Assembly: GCA_051648945.1 (NCBI GenBank)
Contig: JBOFGC010000414.1
Coordinates: 1-43,965 of the forward strand
Source of the DNA: Bacilli bacterium
GTDB taxonomy: Bacteria; Bacillota; Bacilli; JBOFGC01
Length of the DNA stretch: 43,965 nt
Direction of reading: 5' to 3'
Made by a program: the position numbers and the translations under genes. Positions within the stretch are counted from its first letter, which is position 1; every line of letters begins with the position of its first letter. Of the stretch, positions 7,963 through 16,353 are shown piece by piece. Under the pieces are notes generated by a model, which had not been told where the DNA came from, did no database searches, and saw nothing but the letters and a program-made list of their open reading frames with translations.

Positions 7963-9948
7963 ATGACTATGAAAAGAAATATTGGAACCCAAGGAAAATT
8001 TGCAGCAATTGATGCAACAGGAAGATCGATTGAGTTCGTCGATCTTCCCCTACAACCAATCGTTGATGACATTACGGCGTTGCAAGACGCCGATGTTCAG
8101 TTATCTTCTAGAGTTGATGGCGTAGAAACTAAGGTATCAGATTTAGAAAATAAACCGAACCCCGCTTATAAGTTCATTGAATTATCGGATACTCCTGGAG
8201 GTTATCAACCAGGAAAACTTGTTGGTTATAATCTATCCGGAGATGCGTTGATTGCGTATGAAAATCGAGATGAATTCTCTAAGCTAAAAGACACACCATC
8301 GACATACACCGGACAAGCTACGAAAGTTCTAACTGTGAAGACAGACGAATCTGGATTAGAATTTACCAACTATCCAAACGTAGGTCAAATCATTCCTAGA
8401 ATTGATGACTTGGAAACGAGAGCCACAGATCTTGAGAATACAACAATCGATCTTTCTACTACTGTTGATGATACCGTTAGTAGAGTTGATGTGCTTGAGA
8501 GAAAACCAGATCCGGAATATAGTTTCAATGATTTGACTGACACCCCTGGTGGATATCAACCTGGTCAGCTTATCGGATACAACTTAGCCGGCGATGCGCT
8601 CATGGCTTATGATAGGAGAGACGCATTAACAGATTTAACGGACACTCCTGACGCTTACTTGGGGCAATCGACTAAAGTGTTGACTGTCAAGACTGACGAA
8701 TCTGGACTTGAGTTTACCGATTATCCTCCGGTAGCTAATATTCAGGATCAATTGAATGACCATGGTTATCGTATAAACATCATCGAGCCAGATCTTTCCG
8801 ATGCGAGAATTAGAATAACTGCGCTAGAAACAAGCCCTACTACATTCAAAGATTTATCGGATACGCCTAGTGACTTTACAGGTCAAGCAAGAAAAACGCT
8901 AACCGTTAATGATTCCGAGGATGGATTTGAGTTTGCGCCGTTTCCTAATGTTGGCAATCTTGAATATCGAGTTGATCGAGTAGAAACCGATGTGACTGGG
9001 TTAAATGACAGAGCTGATACATTGGAAACGGATGTTTCCGCTTTGATTGATACAACAGATACAATCGAAACTGAGGTTGGTGTAATTGGGCCAGGACTTT
9101 TAAAACTTAATACTGACTTACTGTCTGGTAATCAGCCATTGAAGCACAAAAGTTTAGGTGCCGCATTGAGACTTACTGGTGCTGCTATATTTCCTATAGC
9201 CTTTGTTGCCGCTGCTCCTATTGTGTTTTCTAGTAGAACCGGAGACTCGACGATGGTTCTACCAAAAATAGTAGGAGAGGATTCTACTGTATTAGCTGCG
9301 GACGAAGTTAGAAATGGGACAATTATTAGAATTGTTAAAATTGGTACTGGGAAATTAACAATAACTCCTTCCGCAGGACACTTTATTAATAGGGCTAACG
9401 TCAACTATGACTCTCATATTGTTCCTCTAAATGAAATTCATACATTTATGTCAGGAACATATGCAAATGGTAATAAGTGCTGGATGTACGTCGAGGCTGA
9501 TAGTCATACGTATGATGACGAAATATCTCCAACAAAGCTAAAAGCCTCGATTGTTGGTTTATCGACTGGCGAAACTCCTATTGGAAATAGAGGAATATCT
9601 TCGGGAGTTATTGAAAGCACGTTCAACATGCAAGACTATAGTGTAGCTATGAACGATCATATTATTTGCAGGCATACCGGAACTGCCCAAGGTAGAGTTT
9701 TTATGCCAGAAATAGTAGATTATGATGTAGTGTCATTGACAAATACTCAGGTTAGAACTGGTCGAGTTACTAGAGTTTATAACTACGGAACTAACGAGAT
9801 TGCATTAAGAAACGGAAAGATCGTCGAAAAAGATGGTACTGAAAATAGTGATTATACGTTAGCTCCTGGTGAGTTCGTTGAACTTTTTCCTACTAGCGGA
9901 AGTAGCAACCCTCGTTGGATTTTGTTATTCAAGCAGACATGTCTATAA
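7963..9948 (+). CDS. Fibre-like structural protein with internal tandem repeats (661 aa)
   Basis: A 117-aa unit (KP.P.Y.F..L.DTPGGYQPG.L.GYNL.GDAL.AY..RD....L.DTP..Y.GQ.TKVLTVKTDESGLEFT.YP) occurs twice, plus a third partial copy. Heptad-like D/E/T-rich linkers separate the units. The alternative ATG at 7969 has the better SD. Confidence 0.8.
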   Translation: MTMKRNIGTQGKFAAIDATGRSIEFVDLPLQPIVDDITALQDADVQLSSRVDGVETKVSDLENKPNPAYKFIELSDTPGGYQPGKLVGYNLSGDALIAYENRDEFSKLKDTPSTYTGQATKVLTVKTDESGLEFTNYPNVGQIIPRIDDLETRATDLENTTIDLSTTVDDTVSRVDVLERKPDPEYSFNDLTDTPGGYQPGQLIGYNLAGDALMAYDRRDALTDLTDTPDAYLGQSTKVLTVKTDESGLEFTDYPPVANIQDQLNDHGYRINIIEPDLSDARIRITALETSPTTFKDLSDTPSDFTGQARKTLTVNDSEDGFEFAPFPNVGNLEYRVDRVETDVTGLNDRADTLETDVSALIDTTDTIETEVGVIGPGLLKLNTDLLSGNQPLKHKSLGAALRLTGAAIFPIAFVAAAPIVFSSRTGDSTMVLPKIVGEDSTVLAADEVRNGTIIRIVKIGTGKLTITPSAGHFINRANVNYDSHIVPLNEIHTFMSGTYANGNKCWMYVEADSHTYDDEISPTKLKASIVGLSTGETPIGNRGISSGVIESTFNMQDYSVAMNDHIICRHTGTAQGRVFMPEIVDYDVVSLTNTQVRTGRVTRVYNYGTNEIALRNGKIVEKDGTENSDYTLAPGEFVELFPTSGSSNPRWILLFKQTCL

Positions 9949-9951
9949 ATA
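9944..9951 (+). promoter_or_regulatory. T4-type late promoter TATAAATA
   Basis: Exact TATAAATA 12 nt upstream of the ATG at 9964, overlapping the stop codon of the preceding gene. Confidence 0.55.
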
Positions 9952-9963
9952 ATAGGAAATAGT

Positions 9964-10296
9964 ATGCAGAAAATTATCACAAACGCCAAAGTGATCAACG
10001 GGAATATTATATATTCCCCTGTTTTCTACACTGGTAGAGCTAAACGCACTTCCGTGCAGATGGTAGTAAACTCAACCTCTGCTCAAGATAGCGACGCTAA
10101 AGCTTACATTCAGGTCTCAAATAATGGAGAAGAGTGGTTCAATGTAGCTATTTTAGAAACCGACGGAACAGGATTACAAAAGGATGGTGGACCATACGAA
10201 GCGTTATGGGAATACACCAGAATATTAATAGAGAAAACTCCAGAACACGGCCCAGGAAGGGTAAACGTCTACGCAACGATAAGAGAGACGACATAA
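9964..10296 (+). CDS. Small conserved protein, paralogue B, partner of a collagen-like fibre
   Basis: 110 aa, paralogous to 5892-6224 and in the same position immediately upstream of a collagen-like fibre gene. Confidence 0.75.
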   Translation: MQKIITNAKVINGNIIYSPVFYTGRAKRTSVQMVVNSTSAQDSDAKAYIQVSNNGEEWFNVAILETDGTGLQKDGGPYEALWEYTRILIEKTPEHGPGRVNVYATIRETT

Positions 10297-10309
10297 CAAG
10301 GAATGAATA

Positions 10310-13300
10310 ATGAAATTAGATGAACGCTTTATTATCGCACCAATTCGTTCCAAGGGGGGCCAACCTGGCCCTATTGGTCCACAGGGGCCGAAAGGTGAGA
10401 ACGGTGTTGACGGATTGCCCCCAGAACATGAGTGGGATGCAACGAAATTAAAGTTCAAAAACCCAGATGGCACTTGGGGACAAGAAGTCGATCTGAAGGG
10501 AGAAAAGGGAGATTCTGGTGGCTCTGTACCAGGACAAACTTCAATTCAGGTTGAAGACCAATCAGGAAATAAGAACGATTTGTCTGTCGTAAAATATAAA
10601 TCAAACTCCGAATTTATTAAATACGATCCTTCTGATACATCGTTGTCTATCAATGCGCCAGAAAGAGTGTTTGATATTAAATGGTCGGTTGATAAAGTTT
10701 CAGATTTGCCTAATGGAACTACTGCAATCGCAGGGTCGCTTGCATACGCGTTGGAAACCTCAAAAACTTATCAGTATAACGGAACTGCTTGGTTAGAAGT
10801 TGATTTTGAACATCATCCAATTTCCGCTATCGATCTAGACAAGATTTTAACTCCCGGAAAATGGATAACCGAAAAACTATCAATTGGATCTACCAGTATT
10901 GTGCTGGATTCAAAAGAAACATTTTTGGGAATTTATGATACATTAGACGATCTTGAGAAATCAAAAGCCGATAAGATTGCTGGGCAAACTTTTGCAATCG
11001 TTAAGTGTGCTAGTTCGAATAGACAACTAGAAACCAATAAGATGTTTGTGTTCACCGGTATTTCGGGAGGAGTAGATCTGTGGTCTCCTATTGAAGTTAG
11101 TGGAAACTTAATTTTATCGACAACTGGAAACTCGGCAGCTATTGGTGAATTTAAGAGTATCACCGCTGGTGATAACGTTACCATCGACTATGATACAACT
11201 AACAAAAATATCACAATTAAGTCACTTGGTCCAGGTGCACCCACAGATCTATCTGAATATCTGAAAGGCTCTAATGTTAGGAGTAAATTCCCAGCTAGTG
11301 ATTGGCTTGAAATTTCTTGGGATAGTCTTGGAAAGATTCTTAATGTCGGCGTAAAGAAACCAGACTTCGATAAAATGAATGATATTCTCGTTGCTGGAAA
11401 TAACATTAGTTTCGAAAAAGATGCTAGTGGATTCTTGAAGATTAATGCCGAAGCTCACGTAGATTTGACGAATTATGTAATGGGCGCTTTGACCGAAGGT
11501 CAAAATGGAATCAAAACTAACTTCGACCAAGCTAACCAAAAATTAACTTTGGGATATGAACCAAAATATGCCGACTTGGATTTATTAGTTGAGGCCGGAA
11601 ATAACATTACATTAGAACAAGGAACTGGAGAAAAGGTAAAGGTTAGTGCTGTAATTCCTCCTCCGATTCCTGTTGACCTGAGTGAGTATGCCAAGAAGTC
11701 TAACATTAAAATTCCTCTAGACGACTGGGGAACGACCGATGTTGTTGGCGAAGAAGTGCAATTAAAGATTAAACCTACAGCAACTCAATTTGCGGACATG
11801 ATTACTTCGAATGGAGACACAATCGCTATTGTCAATGGAAATCAAGTAGACTTGAAGCACAAAGATATGCGAAAGAAGTTGTATAACATCCTCACTAAGA
11901 AGAGTACGCAAAACGAAGCAATCCTTCAAGCAGGAAATCACATTCATCTTGATACAAGTGACACCGATAAAACTATCACGATAGTTTCTACGGCTCGTGA
12001 GTATGATAGTGCGTCTGTTGATGTGGTTCTTCCGTTAACGTCAACTTGGGATTCGACAAAAGATCAGAAAACAATCGAGTTGAATCTTGCCGAGTTTGCT
12101 AACTTAACCGATGCTGGTCATAGTAATGTTAAAGTTGAATACGATGGCGCGTCGCATAAATTGAAATACAACGTTGACCGTTCTTTGATTCCTGTTGTTG
12201 CCATTCAGAAAGACGCAAGTGGAAACGAAGAAAGTTTGGGTGTGTTGCAAATCAATAACTCTGGTAACAACTTAGTAATACAAGATGATTCAGGTCACCC
12301 AGGCAAGAAGCGGGCAGTCTTGACTCTGCCAGACTTTCCAACTCAGTTGACCGGCGAGTTCGGAACAGATACTGGTCCACTGACTAAGTTAATTCTGAAA
12401 GGTGAAGTTACAGAACAAGTCGCCTTTGATACAGTCAAAAACGAAATGACTATCAATCTCGACAAGTCTTATTATGTTGGAAAGCATGCAGATCAATCGA
12501 ATCTTCCTACTACAGGAATTGCGAACAAGTCGTTCGGATTTATTGGGTCTGGGAATGGATATGACAACATCCTGATGCACGATGGTACCAATTGGACTGC
12601 CCAATATCCTGTTACTGGAATGTTAGCTGTTGAATCTGGTGCTACCCCAACTTATAAAGTTGTGAAGCAGATCAAGATGAATCCAGCGGTTACGATTGAT
12701 GCGAATGGTGAGTTAACAATCAATCAAGGCGGTTTACAGTTTGTTCACAATGGACAAACCGATGGACTAAACTCTCTTGAGGTTGCTGGAACTGGAGTTA
12801 CGGCAGATTTCGATTCCGGGACAGGAGCATTGAAACTGAACATCGTTGCTGGAGGTTCGGGAACTGTATCCCCTCTCAAGGTCAGCAAAAAGACTCAAGA
12901 TGGTAGCGTGACAGAATACGACGACACACGAGTGTTACTGTTCGACGGAGACGTTGAGGGTATCACGGTCGAAGACATCACGACTGGCGGAAAGAAAGTA
13001 ACCGTTCCTACAGGAATCATTGTAGAAACCGATACGGATGTTACACAGTTGACAACTAAGTACGTTCCTGCTAAGTACAAGGGCAAGTTTGTTTTCAACT
13101 ACAGCAACGACGCGACTAATCGTCGATGGTTCGCATGTGACGGCGAAGAGTGGTTCACGATAGGAAGCGAGAATTTAACAAAAAGCTTACAAGATATTCT
13201 ATCTCGTTTGCCTGCTCGTATTCCTAAGGGAACAAGCTTAGACACAATCAAAGACAAAACTGGTTGGACTTATTTCGGAGAAACTGTAACAGGTCTTCCT

Positions 13301-14176
13301 GAGTATACAAAACACGACGGTTCTAAGATTATCATGCCGGGTCATGTAATGAACTTAGTCGAAACCGACGATAAAGTACATCAATCCTTCTTCCCTATTG
13401 GGGAATTGCAGTATCCTATGTATAGAAGTTGGGATTCTGTTAACTCAAAATGGAACGATTGGTCAAATGGCGACAACGAGTTGAAGTTACACAATTCAGA
13501 CCCAGATGCTCACGAATTGTTAATATTGCCTGCTATTTCCGCAACAACTAAGTCAAATTGGTTTAGCTTATATGACGATCGGCCTAATGCTTCACGAAAG
13601 GGAAATCTCCCTATCATGTTACTCAGTGATAGTACAGGTAAAGCGGATGTTAACACAAATCCTACAGGAAACGATCTTTATTCGTTAAATGTTCCTAGAA
13701 CAGGCACATACAATATCAGATATGTGTTCCAGTTATCGGGCGTTGCTACTTCTCATGGAACATTAACGTTATCGATCATAAAAAATAACACAACTGTGAT
13801 CAAAACGGCAGTGCAGAGTATCTCCACGTCTGGACAAATGTTCGACGCGTATGAAACTATGGCGACTGATATTCCATTGGCAGTTAATGATGCTATATCA
13901 TTTAAAGTTGAATATACAGGTTCTTCCACATGGACAGAGGATTTCCAGAAGAAATCTGCTCGAATTGATCCTATGAAAAATTATTTCGTTCTGGAACACA
14001 AAGATACGAAATCCGCAAGTCATATTGCCAACACATTCAGAACTGTTCTTGGTGGTCTAGCTATCACGAAAGGATACGAAGCGTTTGTTATGGCAGGAGA
14101 TGCGCAAGGGTCAGCTCCTCAGTTCGTTGAGGTTGTTGGTTCTATCTATAACGAAAATGTAGTTGTGATTAAATAA
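10310..14176 (+). CDS. Large fibre protein with a short N-terminal collagen-like segment (1288 aa)
   Basis: GXY segment at aa 15-38 (GGQPGPIGPQGPKGENGVDGLPP). Recurrent fibre-type motifs AG(N/D)N(I/V)(T/S).. appear (GDNVTIDYD, AGNNISFEKD, AGNNITLEQG, AGNHIHLDTS). Its C-terminal motifs are shared with the 572-aa protein. Confidence 0.85.
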   Translation: MKLDERFIIAPIRSKGGQPGPIGPQGPKGENGVDGLPPEHEWDATKLKFKNPDGTWGQEVDLKGEKGDSGGSVPGQTSIQVEDQSGNKNDLSVVKYKSNSEFIKYDPSDTSLSINAPERVFDIKWSVDKVSDLPNGTTAIAGSLAYALETSKTYQYNGTAWLEVDFEHHPISAIDLDKILTPGKWITEKLSIGSTSIVLDSKETFLGIYDTLDDLEKSKADKIAGQTFAIVKCASSNRQLETNKMFVFTGISGGVDLWSPIEVSGNLILSTTGNSAAIGEFKSITAGDNVTIDYDTTNKNITIKSLGPGAPTDLSEYLKGSNVRSKFPASDWLEISWDSLGKILNVGVKKPDFDKMNDILVAGNNISFEKDASGFLKINAEAHVDLTNYVMGALTEGQNGIKTNFDQANQKLTLGYEPKYADLDLLVEAGNNITLEQGTGEKVKVSAVIPPPIPVDLSEYAKKSNIKIPLDDWGTTDVVGEEVQLKIKPTATQFADMITSNGDTIAIVNGNQVDLKHKDMRKKLYNILTKKSTQNEAILQAGNHIHLDTSDTDKTITIVSTAREYDSASVDVVLPLTSTWDSTKDQKTIELNLAEFANLTDAGHSNVKVEYDGASHKLKYNVDRSLIPVVAIQKDASGNEESLGVLQINNSGNNLVIQDDSGHPGKKRAVLTLPDFPTQLTGEFGTDTGPLTKLILKGEVTEQVAFDTVKNEMTINLDKSYYVGKHADQSNLPTTGIANKSFGFIGSGNGYDNILMHDGTNWTAQYPVTGMLAVESGATPTYKVVKQIKMNPAVTIDANGELTINQGGLQFVHNGQTDGLNSLEVAGTGVTADFDSGTGALKLNIVAGGSGTVSPLKVSKKTQDGSVTEYDDTRVLLFDGDVEGITVEDITTGGKKVTVPTGIIVETDTDVTQLTTKYVPAKYKGKFVFNYSNDATNRRWFACDGEEWFTIGSENLTKSLQDILSRLPARIPKGTSLDTIKDKTGWTYFGETVTGLPEYTKHDGSKIIMPGHVMNLVETDDKVHQSFFPIGELQYPMYRSWDSVNSKWNDWSNGDNELKLHNSDPDAHELLILPAISATTKSNWFSLYDDRPNASRKGNLPIMLLSDSTGKADVNTNPTGNDLYSLNVPRTGTYNIRYVFQLSGVATSHGTLTLSIIKNNTTVIKTAVQSISTSGQMFDAYETMATDIPLAVNDAISFKVEYTGSSTWTEDFQKKSARIDPMKNYFVLEHKDTKSASHIANTFRTVLGGLAITKGYEAFVMAGDAQGSAPQFVEVVGSIYNENVVVIK

Positions 14177-14193
14177 TAAGGGCCTTCGGGTCC

Positions 14194-14201
14194 TATAAAA
14201 A
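14194..14201 (+). promoter_or_regulatory. Late-promoter-like box TATAAAAA
   Basis: 7/8 match to TATAAATA, directly after a weak GGGCC-TTCG-GGTCC hairpin (14180-14193) and 10 nt upstream of the ATG at 14212. Confidence 0.3.
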
Positions 14202-14211
14202 GGATTTTAAA

Positions 14212-14730
14212 ATGGCACAAAGACCTATCCCAATGCCTATTCTATCGCCATTCTACAACAGAGCGGTGATGGATGTTCATCTAAATAATTATGATATTGT
14301 TTATATCAAACCAATAGAAGATAAACTCGATGCAATTAAGCCTGTTGTTTTTGTTAAGTCGGATTTATCTGAGGTAGAAGTTCAAAAAATAAAGATTAGC
14401 GATCGGTCAAAAGCAACATATGATCCATTAGATAAATCACTTACATTGAATCTCGACACCAGTCCAGTAGGCGCGCTGAAATTTACAGACTTAATCGGTG
14501 TACCTAACTCTTATCCGAAAGACACAGATCTGAAAACAGGACATGCCGGAGTCACCGGCGCGGATGAAACATCCATGGTTCTGGTAGCAAAGAGTGATGG
14601 TATATATTTCGTTAACCATCCAGTCGGATCTGAGATTGAGCCTAGAAAATCGAGATCAAAACAGCAACAACAAGATATCATTGAGTCGCTGGAAGCGCGT
14701 ATATCTTTTCTAGAAAGCAAATTAAAATGA
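14212..14730 (+). CDS. Hypothetical structural protein (172 aa) with a C-terminal coiled-coil
   Basis: Good SD (AAGGA) and location within the fibre cluster. The C-terminus QQQQDIIESLEARISFLESKLK looks like a coiled-coil. I recognise no family for it. Confidence 0.6.
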   Translation: MAQRPIPMPILSPFYNRAVMDVHLNNYDIVYIKPIEDKLDAIKPVVFVKSDLSEVEVQKIKISDRSKATYDPLDKSLTLNLDTSPVGALKFTDLIGVPNSYPKDTDLKTGHAGVTGADETSMVLVAKSDGIYFVNHPVGSEIEPRKSRSKQQQQDIIESLEARISFLESKLK

Positions 14731-14746
14731 TAAGGATTTTCGTTTT

Positions 14747-16339
14747 ATGAGTACACCTCCGTTAATTAATTCGGGAATGATTCTATTTGATCCAAATCCA
14801 AATGGAACAGGTCCGATATTACCTCCTGGCCGACAAACTTGGCTAAATCAAAAAATATTAGATATCGATAAAGAGATTAAAGATCTAGAAGCGAGTGGAG
14901 TGAAGCCCGGAAAGGATGGGCATACCGTAGAGATGAAAATCGACGACTTTCCGGTAGACACTTCTATTCCTCCAGATCAAAGAAAGCCTGCAATTGTTTG
15001 GCGACTTGCTGCGCAACCAGGAGAGTCTGAATATACATGGAATCTACTTGTATATCGTGAAGATTTAATGGGGCCAAATGGTCCAGCGGGTCCAGCGGGT
15101 CCTCAAGGTCCTATGGGCGCACCAGGAAAGGATGGAGTCGGAGTAAACTTTCACGCGAGTGTTAGATACGAGGCAGATCTAGCAAAGACTCCTTCGGTAG
15201 TTGGCGATGCAATCCTTGTGACCGGGTCTGGTGACTTGTGGGTACTGACTACACTTCCATATAACAAAAAATCTAACTGGAAAAATCTTGGACACATCCA
15301 GGGACCTGCTGGACCTAGAGGATATACTGGTCCTAGAGGATACACTGGTCCACAAGGTCCCGCCGGAGGAGGCGGAATAGGTCAATTTATTCTACAGTGG
15401 ATTGTCGACTCCGCGACATCAGCGGCAATTTCTGCGGTGACATCCACTGTGATGGCGGAAATGACAGCAGCATTAGATACGTTGACTAATCAGTTAATGA
15501 GCGTAATGGAATCCACAGCCGAGAACGTCGTACAAGAAGCTCTAGATAAAGCGTGGGATGAACTCAAAGGCGATAAAGGCGAAAAGGGTGATAAAGGCGA
15601 CAACGGAAAGGACGGAAAGTCCGTTAAACTGGTAGGAAAATTCGCGTCTAAAGCCCAATTTATGGCAAAGTATCCGTTATTAACTGATAACGTAGGTGTT
15701 GCTGGATTATGTGGTGACGACCCGATGAAACCCAAAGAGTTATGGGCTATCACTCAAGATTCATCGGGAGTATTTCCTTATCCTCCTACATATACCAATC
15801 TTGGAGATATTCGGGGTCCTAAGGGAGAAGCGGCTCGATGGGAAATCTCAGTTCGAGATACTGCATTTACCGAAAAGATTAAAGTTGTTGTCGACTCAGA
15901 CATTGACCCTTCTGTTGCTAGTATGTACGTTAGAGACACGGATTCTATCGTATGCGAAGGACTCCACGGAAGTCAAATCGACCCGACTCAAGTTGGTCTA
16001 CGCTTTTCAATGAGACATCCAATTCCTAGACCCGCAAAGAAAGATGACCCATCTGGAAAGCCATCAACTGTAGATAAAGTGTTATCGAACGACGGCGAAA
16101 AATTAATCTGGATCGAAGCTCCGGAAGGCGGAAAGAAGTCAAAGGAAGAAATTTTACTCAAAGCTCCAGACCAAACCGTCTGGTCGATTACTGTTGATGA
16201 TTACGGTCGGTTGCATCAGAATCTTTCTACCGAAGCATCCGATAACACAGCAGAGAAACTCCAAGCCCCCAATGGAGGAGTTTACAATTTACATGTTGAC
16301 AATGAAGGCCAATTGCATGTAACAAAATCGATTTCATAA
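14747..16339 (+). CDS. Collagen-like repeat protein with three separate GXY segments (530 aa)
   Basis: GXY runs at aa 109-132, 186-210 and 274-291 (nt 15071-15142, 15302-15376, 15566-15619). A hydrophobic or helical segment lies between runs 2 and 3. Confidence 0.8.
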   Translation: MSTPPLINSGMILFDPNPNGTGPILPPGRQTWLNQKILDIDKEIKDLEASGVKPGKDGHTVEMKIDDFPVDTSIPPDQRKPAIVWRLAAQPGESEYTWNLLVYREDLMGPNGPAGPAGPQGPMGAPGKDGVGVNFHASVRYEADLAKTPSVVGDAILVTGSGDLWVLTTLPYNKKSNWKNLGHIQGPAGPRGYTGPRGYTGPQGPAGGGGIGQFILQWIVDSATSAAISAVTSTVMAEMTAALDTLTNQLMSVMESTAENVVQEALDKAWDELKGDKGEKGDKGDNGKDGKSVKLVGKFASKAQFMAKYPLLTDNVGVAGLCGDDPMKPKELWAITQDSSGVFPYPPTYTNLGDIRGPKGEAARWEISVRDTAFTEKIKVVVDSDIDPSVASMYVRDTDSIVCEGLHGSQIDPTQVGLRFSMRHPIPRPAKKDDPSGKPSTVDKVLSNDGEKLIWIEAPEGGKKSKEEILLKAPDQTVWSITVDDYGRLHQNLSTEASDNTAEKLQAPNGGVYNLHVDNEGQLHVTKSIS

Positions 16340-16353
16340 CAAGGAAGTAGCTA

